Shown here piece after piece: positions 9,123 to 17,472 of a DNA stretch of 57,999 nucleotides. Position 1 is the stretch's first letter; every line of letters starts with the position of its first letter. The notes beneath the pieces were generated by a model that was not told where the DNA came from, searched no databases, and worked only from the letters and a program-made list of their open reading frames with translations. The stretch comes from an uncultured Gammaproteobacteria bacterium. GTDB taxonomy: Bacteria; Patescibacteriota; Microgenomatia; UBA10105; UBA927. A program made the translations under genes and the position numbers. The stretch lies in contig CAYLQG010000002.1 of NCBI GenBank assembly GCA_964385705.1, forward strand, positions 5,224 to 63,222. Direction: 5' to 3'.

Positions 9123-10780
9123 TCTTTTCTTTTCCATAATAGTCCAGAACTGCCAACAACCACGAGTACGATAAATGACGCAAGACTGATTATATCCGAA
9201 TATTTTCGCAATTGTGTGTTTCCGAATACGACCCGCACGTTATGGGCCCCCACGGGGATATGAAACGTCATGAGCCCGCGATAATTGGGATCCTGAAATT
9301 CTATCGTTGTGGGATTGCCGTCAATATAGATTTTCCAGCCAGGGAAATAAAGCGTATTTTCGACAGCCTGAACAGGAACATCTGCGGCAATCTCATATTC
9401 ATGAAGGGTGGAAGTACGCTTAAGTGGTGTAACGACAGCGCTCCCTGAAATGATATCCACGGGCTTATCAGGTACGTGTTCCATAAATCGTACCGACCAT
9501 ATAGGACTGCTTTCACCTGTATCAGTTGTCCCCGAATAAATTCCCGTATAAAACGTACTGTCTTTTATTTGATACGCTCTCGGGTGCCACATATAGAAAG
9601 TAAGAATAATCGATAGTGCGCATATAGCGGCATATAGAAAATTGCCACTTTTTTTCAAATCTGAAATTGAAGCAACCACAATACCACCGGCAACAGCGGC
9701 GGCAAATACGGAAATTGATAAAAATCTCCAGGGGAATTGAAATTTTTGCAGTAGTGTTATTTTCTGCCAGATTACTTCAGATGTTGAAGTCATAATAAAA
9801 AACGACCCTAACAGCAGAACGAGCAAACTAATAACCATTGTCCGTATGGGAGAGTCTTTCGTTTTCTTTATGAACCATATAGAAGCAAGAATACCGAGCC
9901 ATTGTATAAGTCCCAACTGTTTCGTTAATTCTTTACCTACGCCGAATGTCCAGGGAGAATATACAAACCAAGTCCACGGAACAAACCGCTGAAGCGCTTC
10001 CCCCGCCGTCACGATATCCCGAAGCGTATACTTTCCCTCAAAATAAGCGGGTATCCAGAAAAAGGCAGACAACGAAAAACCAAAGACGAGCGCAGTAGCG
10101 CATGATAATACAAATACCTCCTTTTGCTTCACTTCATAAGCCCAAAGATACACCATGTACGCTACGATAACCGGGAAAAACATGATCGCGATGGCATTAT
10201 GCGACAAAATGAGCGCCGCGAGCGAAAGTGAAGTGCCGATAGCATTCCAGAGAAGCCGATGGCTATTTTTTTCGCAGCGAGCGAGATGATACAGAAAATA
10301 AAGTACAAGGGGCGGAAAAACAAATGCGACATGTTCTCCCAGCGCGCCGCGTACGTAAAAATCTACAAAACGATACGGAGCGAATACATAAAGTAGTCCC
10401 CCTACAATGGCTGCTTTTTCCCCAAAAGGACGCCTCATCCATATATACATGGCCAAAGCACTTGCGACGAACGTGAGTCCGAACACCAGTTTCGTACTAT
10501 CGACAAATGAAAATCCGATAAAATGGAACAGGGATGCCATATACGACGGAAGTGGATAAAGAAACATGAGGATCGGATGCCCGTATCCCCAATTAAGATT
10601 CGCCGCCCACCTGGGGACAATGTTCCCTTCAGAGAGGGACTGATAGAAATTGGCAATCCGTGCCACATGGTCCTGTCCATCGTCAGTTACAGGAAGTCCA
10701 CTATGAAGTAATCCGACAAGAGGCAGACAGATTGTTAGGAAAAACAAAAGAAACAGTTGTGTTTTTTTAGTGATCTTCAC
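9119..10780 (-). CDS. PTPS_related-family polytopic membrane protein (GT-C-like)
   Basis: 553 aa with a GTG start at 10780 (no in-frame ATG nearby). Motifs: LPVTDDGQDHVARIANFYQSLSEGNIVPRWAANLNWGYGHPILMFLYPLPSY. C-terminal LYFPGWKIYIDG...GAHNVRVVF plus a terminal TM helix. Confidence 0.7.
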   Translation of the reverse strand: MKITKKTQLFLLFFLTICLPLVGLLHSGLPVTDDGQDHVARIANFYQSLSEGNIVPRWAANLNWGYGHPILMFLYPLPSYMASLFHFIGFSFVDSTKLVFGLTFVASALAMYIWMRRPFGEKAAIVGGLLYVFAPYRFVDFYVRGALGEHVAFVFPPLVLYFLYHLARCEKNSHRLLWNAIGTSLSLAALILSHNAIAIMFFPVIVAYMVYLWAYEVKQKEVFVLSCATALVFGFSLSAFFWIPAYFEGKYTLRDIVTAGEALQRFVPWTWFVYSPWTFGVGKELTKQLGLIQWLGILASIWFIKKTKDSPIRTMVISLLVLLLGSFFIMTSTSEVIWQKITLLQKFQFPWRFLSISVFAAAVAGGIVVASISDLKKSGNFLYAAICALSIILTFYMWHPRAYQIKDSTFYTGIYSGTTDTGESSPIWSVRFMEHVPDKPVDIISGSAVVTPLKRTSTLHEYEIAADVPVQAVENTLYFPGWKIYIDGNPTTIEFQDPNYRGLMTFHIPVGAHNVRVVFGNTQLRKYSDIISLASFIVLVVVGSSGLLWKRKE

Positions 10781-10783
10781 GAT

Positions 10784-12325
10784 TTAATATATGCGCTTTA
10801 TCAAAATTAATCCGTTTAAGAGTGTCTTTGTCCATAGGGTCGTCCCGCCCTCAACAACTGTTACAAGCCATCCATTTTGGCGCCACGGCTGACTCTGATC
10901 TGGTTCTATTATAAGGTATGCCAAACCGTTTTTTACGTGTGCCGGTTCATATCCGTACCTTGTTAAACCATATGTCTTAAAAAGGTAATCATAGGGCCAT
11001 GTATAAACGGACGGCATAAACACAAACACGGAAAACGGCTTGCCCCCCGCGTCCTTGTAGATCGTATCAATAACGAAACGCTTGCCCTGTATCTTATCGT
11101 AAATTCCCGTATCTTTAATATCTATCGTGTACGAAACATACTGACGGAAGATGGATCCGTAAAATACGACAAATAAGAATACGATTCCGACGATCGCACC
11201 TATTTTCGCTAACGGCCATTTTTTATAAGATCGATATAGACTAATTCCTGCTATTGTAAATAACAAAATATAACCGATTCTTGTATGAGTCAGGTAGTAG
11301 TCCCAAACGGTATTGTTAAGAAGCAAATAAGCAATCCACGTAAATGCCGACATCAAAAGTAAAAAGAAAATAATTTTTTTCAGTCTTCCGTCTTTCACCA
11401 TCCACAACCCGATCCCGGCAAATACCGTTGCTACTTCAAGCACAATGATTTGAATCTTCCACGGAATCCATCCGAATTCAAACGTAAACGTATTGTAGAA
11501 ATTATTCCAATAATCAAATATGTGCGAATGTAACCGCTTTGCTTCAAATATGGATGAAGAGCCGGATCCGCCGGCGCTCACATATGCGAATGCCGATCTT
11601 GCTGCCATAAAGTTATGCCGGACATCAAATAGGATCATGGGAAGAAATGCGAATATCGCGCCGACGATCGAATAAACATACACCCTCCAGTTCCGTACTT
11701 TAAAGACGATAGGGATAGATAACAGTATTGATACCATGAGCGGTACTGCGACTCCCAATTGTGAGTTATAGGTAAACCCTGATGTAAATACGGCAAGCGG
11801 TGCGAATAATTCAGGGTTATCCGGTATCCTGTACACAAAATATATCGCAAGAATCACGAAAAATGTAAGCGGATGGCTACTCCAGATAAACCGTGATTGG
11901 GAAATAATAAGCGGCGATACGGCGGTGAAAAACAAGAAAAGAACACTCCCGATTTTCCCGAACATCTTATATCCCGCCCAGGTGGAAAGAATAAGTGTGG
12001 CGACACCAAATAAAAACATAAAAAATTGTCCTCCGATGGGATCGCCGTGAAAGAGTAAGAATGCAAGGGCAATGAGATAAAAATAGCCTGGACCGTGAAA
12101 TATGCCGTTTATCCCTGCTACGCCCGAACCGGCTTCTGCACCGATTAATGTTAATTTATGGTTAACGACTATATTGTATGCCGCTAAATAATCCCTCCCA
12201 GTGTCGTGGCCGAACAGGTAATTACCGCTTATCATCTCAGGCGCACGAAGAAATACGCCCCACAAACACAAAAACGATATAAGCGAGATAAATAATAAAT
12301 TCTTTGTCACCGATTTCCGTTTCAT
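10784..12325 (-). CDS. polytopic membrane protein, divergent ArnT/PMT_2-like (group D)
   Basis: 513 aa. Motif: LFGHDTGRDYLAAYNIVVNHKLTLIGAEAG...FHGPGYFYLIALAFLLFHGDPIGG. It aligns by eye with 19924, 29156 and 47500. Confidence 0.6.
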   Translation of the reverse strand: MKRKSVTKNLLFISLISFLCLWGVFLRAPEMISGNYLFGHDTGRDYLAAYNIVVNHKLTLIGAEAGSGVAGINGIFHGPGYFYLIALAFLLFHGDPIGGQFFMFLFGVATLILSTWAGYKMFGKIGSVLFLFFTAVSPLIISQSRFIWSSHPLTFFVILAIYFVYRIPDNPELFAPLAVFTSGFTYNSQLGVAVPLMVSILLSIPIVFKVRNWRVYVYSIVGAIFAFLPMILFDVRHNFMAARSAFAYVSAGGSGSSSIFEAKRLHSHIFDYWNNFYNTFTFEFGWIPWKIQIIVLEVATVFAGIGLWMVKDGRLKKIIFFLLLMSAFTWIAYLLLNNTVWDYYLTHTRIGYILLFTIAGISLYRSYKKWPLAKIGAIVGIVFLFVVFYGSIFRQYVSYTIDIKDTGIYDKIQGKRFVIDTIYKDAGGKPFSVFVFMPSVYTWPYDYLFKTYGLTRYGYEPAHVKNGLAYLIIEPDQSQPWRQNGWLVTVVEGGTTLWTKTLLNGLILIKRIY

Positions 12326-12328
12326 AAG

Positions 12329-13999
12329 CTATTCCCTATCGGAAATATTAATCGCCGGCGTTCCGTCAAGATACATTATGTTCGCGTTCGTTCCATGAGC
12401 TATTTCTGCCGGCGTTCCGATATAGAGCGTCGTTCCGTTTTTTATCTCATGAAGCCAGTCAATCTTTCTGAATTCATATGTTTTAAAATGGTTGTATTTC
12501 CCGTCAGAAGTATCAGACAAAGTCCCTCCCTGTGCAAGATATTTATTCGGATCATATTTCGTGTAAAAAAGAAAGAAAATGTACGGCTCCTCCAAATCGT
12601 TTGATACGACGATCTTTTTATATTTGCTGCTATGAGCCTCCGCATAATCTATGGCCTGTTTATATCCGTACTGCCAGTATTTTGAATATTCAGTGTTCAT
12701 ATGATCAAAATACATATGGATGTAATAGGCAAACATGATAGCAATCGTAATTACTAATAAACCCAAAAACGGCGTTTTGGCCACTGGTTTATGATCTTTT
12801 ATATAGTTGTATGAAGATAGTACGCCGATTGCCGAAAATATCTGAAACGAGGGCAGAAAAACAAGCGTTCGGATCGCGTGAGGCAGTTCAGTCGTCGGAG
12901 AAGCTGCGACCGGCGCAAGTGCCAACCACCCCAGGAGAAAAATATTTGAGGGTTTTCTAGTCCTCAACAACTTATAGATTCCGATTAAAATGAACGGCAT
13001 TTCCCATAGATAAAGCAGGCCCATCCCAGGGGCGTGATGGCGCTCGGCATCGCCCGTCACAAATAACCACTCAGGGGAGAAATGTATAAGATATCCGCGG
13101 ACAATATCCTTCGCAAGTTCAATTCTCCTGTTATCGAACAATTCTCCAAGAAGATAGCGATGTGCTTTGTCGTAATTCAATTTCTGCATCGTTACGGTCA
13201 ATAATTGAGTCTGTTCGCGAAAAATGCTTGTCCCCTGCAGCCTCATGAGAGCGTCTTTATTAAGGAGAACCGGCAAAAGAGGCAGAAGGACGATAATGCC
13301 CGTGACAAACGCAGTTATAGCTGTCCGTTTATTTTTCAAGAGGTGCGACCGGAATAGAACGACTAATAATAGAACGAGGCCCGGAGCAAAAATACGCTCG
13401 CTATGATATGCGTATAATGCGAGGGCAAAGAGAATCGAGCTTAAAACCAACCCACGGCGGTAGTATATCCCCCTAAGGAAAAAATATGCCGCCCAGATGT
13501 TCAGGGTGACTCCGAGGTTCGCTTCGAATGCTACCCGGGAAAATTGTATATGCCACGGCGATATTGCCATAAACAGAGATGCGAGAATCGGTAATGCACG
13601 TGCTACATCTGCTGGGACACCTAATACTGTCGACTGTTTATCCTGCTCTCCGAGCAATACAAGAATCTCAACGAGGTAATACGTGCCGAGAACAGCGAGA
13701 ACCCCGAATATCGCTGATGGCAATCGGACGGAGAAAACAGAAAGTCCGAATGAGGCAACCGACGGAACCGTTAAATATACATAGAGCGGAGGCTTGTAAT
13801 CGTTAAACGATCTGAATGTTAAAGGTAAAAAGGATCCGTATTCGTCGCGTCCGGTTTTCAATACCGAATATGCATTATATCCGAGCGACGCTTCATCCCA
13901 GTCAGGACTAACCGGTACTGACCCGAGTTGCCAGAACCGCAAAATCGCGGCAAGAACAATTATACAAGTTAGTAAAATAACCGAATATGATCGTTTCAT
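12329..13999 (-). CDS. GT39 / PMT_2 (ArnT-like) membrane glycosyltransferase
   Basis: 556 aa. Motifs: SPDWDEASLGYNAYSVLKTGRDEYGSFLPLTFRSFNDYKPPLYVYLTVP and ISPWHIQFSRVAFEANLGV. C-terminal soluble domain contains YWQYGYKQA...PYIFFLFYTKYDPNKY. Confidence 0.8.
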   Translation of the reverse strand: MKRSYSVILLTCIIVLAAILRFWQLGSVPVSPDWDEASLGYNAYSVLKTGRDEYGSFLPLTFRSFNDYKPPLYVYLTVPSVASFGLSVFSVRLPSAIFGVLAVLGTYYLVEILVLLGEQDKQSTVLGVPADVARALPILASLFMAISPWHIQFSRVAFEANLGVTLNIWAAYFFLRGIYYRRGLVLSSILFALALYAYHSERIFAPGLVLLLVVLFRSHLLKNKRTAITAFVTGIIVLLPLLPVLLNKDALMRLQGTSIFREQTQLLTVTMQKLNYDKAHRYLLGELFDNRRIELAKDIVRGYLIHFSPEWLFVTGDAERHHAPGMGLLYLWEMPFILIGIYKLLRTRKPSNIFLLGWLALAPVAASPTTELPHAIRTLVFLPSFQIFSAIGVLSSYNYIKDHKPVAKTPFLGLLVITIAIMFAYYIHMYFDHMNTEYSKYWQYGYKQAIDYAEAHSSKYKKIVVSNDLEEPYIFFLFYTKYDPNKYLAQGGTLSDTSDGKYNHFKTYEFRKIDWLHEIKNGTTLYIGTPAEIAHGTNANIMYLDGTPAINISDRE

Positions 14000-14004
14000 A
14001 GATT

Positions 14005-15666
14005 TTATTTTGTAAATATCGTAAGCTCCGGCATACCATTTAACAGATAAATAGTTCCTTTTATTTTTACTCCGTTCGGCACTTCATTGGAAGGAAAAAT
14101 GTAAAGCGATGATGCGTCAAGACTTGTTGGTAACGTTGACGTAAAGACATATTTATCAAATCCATCGACATGATAGAATCCGGCGGCATCAAAATACGAG
14201 GTATTGTGTTTTTGAAACGTGTTTGGGTCGTATTTTGTGTAAAATAACGTATACATGTATGCCCTGCCGATTGATTCGCTTAAGTAAATCTTTTTGTAGT
14301 CGTTTTTAATGGGGCCCACGAAACTCAATGCCTGTTTATATCCGTACTGCCATTCTCCGGAATACAACTTTGGATAATGGACGTAATAATTGTGCAGGTA
14401 ATAGGAAACGCAGATTAAATAGAATATACCGAGCAACAGACCATATATAGTTTTTGATTTTTGTCGTACGAACATATTATAGAGCGCGACAATTCCTATG
14501 GCGATAAATATATGCCATGTCGGTAATGAGTTAAGAATACGGAGTGCATGAGGGGTCTCACGTGCCGTTGCCGCAGGGATGATCGCTGTAACGAGCCAGA
14601 ATAAAAGAAGTAACATCTCAGTACGAAAATACGCGAAGCAGAAATATAATCCGAGGATGAGGAACGGCAAATCGATAATATAGAGTTGCCCGACATCCTG
14701 TGTCGAAAATTTCGGATTACCGTCTCCTTTAATAAACAGGAAGTCCGCAGTAAAGTGATCAAAATAATGGATTAAAAAACTCCGCGCATATCCGATACGC
14801 CGGTTATCAAAAATTTCCGAAACAATTGAATGATGATCGGATGCAATCCTATTGTTGGCAGTCTGAACGACGCTCGAATCTGTAAAAATATTAACTTCAT
14901 CAAACCGAAGTCTCGCGTCTTTTGAAACCAGATGCGGCAAGATCGGCAACATTGTCATGAGCGCTATGATTACCCCCAAGGCAAAATTCCTTTTCTGAAG
15001 CACTATATGCTTCCAGCAATATACCAATAATCCTAGCCCCATTAATGGTACAAAATATCGGGTGCTATTAAATGTATATATGCCGGCAACGAAAGGCAGC
15101 CACGCGATGCTCCAACGCCATGGATGAGTTCGTGACGACAGGATTAACCAAACACCGAATACGACAAAAAACAACGCGATATTCGCTTCAAATCCGGCGC
15201 GCGATAAATTAATATGCCATGGTGACACGGCCAATAACAATGAAGAAACAATGGCAACATGTCTTGCGTCGATGTGGATTGAGTTCCGGCGCTTTTTATC
15301 ATCGAAAGGTCTTCTGCCCAATAGTTCAAGAACGAGAAAATATGTCATGAGCACGGTTAATGTTCCAAATAGCACAGACGGAAGCCGCACGGCGAATTCG
15401 TTTAGTCCGAATATAGCAACACCCGGCACGGTAAGATAAATTGCAAGTGGAGGCTTATAATCGCCGTACGATACAAACGCATCATGAGGGAGAAATTTTC
15501 CGTGTTCATCCCGGCCGGTTTTCAATATACTGTATGCATTGTACCCTATTGATACTTCATCCCAGGATAATGCGGGAGGATTGTCCCACATATGATAAAA
15601 CCGAAGACCGAATGCAATTCCAACTACTAAAAATAGAGCCGTCGTCAATGACCAGAATTGCCTCAT
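14005..15666 (-). CDS. GT39 / PMT_2 (ArnT-like) membrane glycosyltransferase, tandem paralog
   Basis: 553 aa. Motifs: LSWDEVSIGYNAYSILKTGRDEHGKFLP...YGDYKPPLAIYLTVP, VSPWHINLSRAGFEANIAL and EWQYGYKQA...YMYTLFYTKYDPNTF. Confidence 0.8.
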   Translation of the reverse strand: MRQFWSLTTALFLVVGIAFGLRFYHMWDNPPALSWDEVSIGYNAYSILKTGRDEHGKFLPHDAFVSYGDYKPPLAIYLTVPGVAIFGLNEFAVRLPSVLFGTLTVLMTYFLVLELLGRRPFDDKKRRNSIHIDARHVAIVSSLLLAVSPWHINLSRAGFEANIALFFVVFGVWLILSSRTHPWRWSIAWLPFVAGIYTFNSTRYFVPLMGLGLLVYCWKHIVLQKRNFALGVIIALMTMLPILPHLVSKDARLRFDEVNIFTDSSVVQTANNRIASDHHSIVSEIFDNRRIGYARSFLIHYFDHFTADFLFIKGDGNPKFSTQDVGQLYIIDLPFLILGLYFCFAYFRTEMLLLLFWLVTAIIPAATARETPHALRILNSLPTWHIFIAIGIVALYNMFVRQKSKTIYGLLLGIFYLICVSYYLHNYYVHYPKLYSGEWQYGYKQALSFVGPIKNDYKKIYLSESIGRAYMYTLFYTKYDPNTFQKHNTSYFDAAGFYHVDGFDKYVFTSTLPTSLDASSLYIFPSNEVPNGVKIKGTIYLLNGMPELTIFTK

Positions 15667-15738
15667 ATCATTAAGCTGTTTGAATTATATCTGTCATATA
15701 GTATTATATCGTAAAGATATAAAACGAACTAATATATA
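15667..15738. promoter_or_regulatory. divergent promoter region between the minus block (15666 down) and the plus block (15739 up)
   Basis: 72-nt AT-rich spacer between divergent start codons. Plus strand: TTGAAT (15680-15685), 16-nt spacer, TATTAT (15702-15707). Minus strand: two perfect TATAAT hexamers (reverse complement of 15684-15689 and of 15703-15708). No experimental support. Confidence 0.4.
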
Positions 15739-17469
15739 ATGAAAAATGGCATTGTCGGATTATTTCTATTGTCCACTGTTTTAGCGGTCTGTATATTATC
15801 CCCTTATTCCCTCAAATTGCAAAATACACTGCCAAATGCCGTAGATCCCTTATTTTACGCCTGGAATCTTTCCCACAATGCAGATAATTGGTTTAAAGGA
15901 TTTGATGCTCTTGTAAATACGAATATTTTCTATCCTTTAACGAACACCCTTGCATATTCTGACACGCTCTGGGGGCAGAGTCTTTTTATTAATCCGATTA
16001 TTTGGATCTCCCACAATCCCGTTCTTGCCGAAAATATCGCAATATTTATGACATTTCCGTTATCCGCACTATCAATGTTTCTTTTGTCTATGTATTTCAC
16101 GGATAACGTTGCTGCATCATTTTGCGCCGGACTATTTTTCGCTTTTTCGTATCCACGGCTGGCACAAATAGGTCATCTTCCGACAATAAGCAGCGAATGG
16201 CTGCCGCTTTATCTTTTATATGTATTCAAATTTTTGCGGGACGGAAGAGCAAGGGATTTTATTCTTATTTGCATATGGTATCTGCTCTCCATCACATCAA
16301 GTATATATTTTGGCGTGTTTCTTATCCCTGTCACAGCTGTGATTCTTGCAGTGGATTTTACAAGAAGAGTGGTGAACCATTCGCTAGGGGAATATAAAAC
16401 CAGATTCATTACATTGCTACCCATTCTTATCCCGTTTGTAATCCTGATGGGAATAGTGTTATTTCCCTATATTCGACTTAAAATTGAGAATCCTGAGATC
16501 AAAAGAAGTATTGATGATTTAACGCATTTACGCGCTTCTCCCGCCGACTATATAAGCGTCCTTCCGACAAGTTTACTGACATTTACTCATATAAACCAAA
16601 ATGTAAATGAACATGTGCTTTTCCCCACAATCACAGTGACACTTCTCGCTCTCTCAGGCATGTATTATATGGCAAAAAAAAACAGATTTGCCGTCTGGAC
16701 ATTTCTCACTATTGGTTTGATATCGTTTATTCTGTCATTGGGCAACGAATATTCATTTTCCATAGGGTCGTTCTCATCCGGTACTATAAAACTCCCTTAC
16801 TATTATCTCTATATGTATGTGCCGGTTTTTCAGATCGTGCGGGTTCCGGCCAGATTTGGTATATTTGTCGTTCTCTCACTCAGTTTACTAGCTGCCTTGG
16901 GAATAAAATCGATACTCGAGAGCACAAAGCAGAAATGGATCATCGTTCTCGTGCTTTGCTTATTTCTGACAGAGGTTTGGCAATCACACATGCCATATGT
17001 TTCCATCCCTCTTGGCGGATCAATCCCCAAGGTATATCAATGGATAGCACGTGAACCTGAGAGGATGATTCTGGCTGAAGTACCGGTATCATTGTTCTAT
17101 CATGGCATCAGCATGGAGGAACAATTATATAAACCATACGGATCGCTCCGACAGCCGGACACGTATGAGCTTGAGACATATAGGGTGTATTATTCCGCTT
17201 ATCACAAAAAACGGATGATCAATGGCTATAGCGGATTTCTTCCTGATAGCTATAATAAACTGGCGGAAAATCTTGAAAGTTTTCCTGCGGATAACACAAT
17301 ACGTACTCTTCGTGATATCGGTGTCACGGATGTTGTGGTTCACTTGTGGCAGTATGACGACAAGAAAAAAACTGATATCATAAGCCTGCTTAACGCGTCA
17401 TCACATTTATCTCTGGTCTACACAGACGGACAAGATAGGGTTTATGCCATTCAAAAAAAAGGCTATTAG
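15739..17469 (+). CDS. polytopic membrane protein, unassigned GT-C-like family
   Basis: 576 aa. First loop: LPNAVDPLFYAWNLSHNADNW...NIFYPLTNTLAYSDTLWGQSL. About 12 TM helices. C-terminal soluble domain: NGYSGFLPDSYNKLAENLESFPADNTIRTLRDIGVTDVVVH. Confidence 0.5.
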   Translation: MKNGIVGLFLLSTVLAVCILSPYSLKLQNTLPNAVDPLFYAWNLSHNADNWFKGFDALVNTNIFYPLTNTLAYSDTLWGQSLFINPIIWISHNPVLAENIAIFMTFPLSALSMFLLSMYFTDNVAASFCAGLFFAFSYPRLAQIGHLPTISSEWLPLYLLYVFKFLRDGRARDFILICIWYLLSITSSIYFGVFLIPVTAVILAVDFTRRVVNHSLGEYKTRFITLLPILIPFVILMGIVLFPYIRLKIENPEIKRSIDDLTHLRASPADYISVLPTSLLTFTHINQNVNEHVLFPTITVTLLALSGMYYMAKKNRFAVWTFLTIGLISFILSLGNEYSFSIGSFSSGTIKLPYYYLYMYVPVFQIVRVPARFGIFVVLSLSLLAALGIKSILESTKQKWIIVLVLCLFLTEVWQSHMPYVSIPLGGSIPKVYQWIAREPERMILAEVPVSLFYHGISMEEQLYKPYGSLRQPDTYELETYRVYYSAYHKKRMINGYSGFLPDSYNKLAENLESFPADNTIRTLRDIGVTDVVVHLWQYDDKKKTDIISLLNASSHLSLVYTDGQDRVYAIQKKGY

Positions 17470-17472
17470 TAT

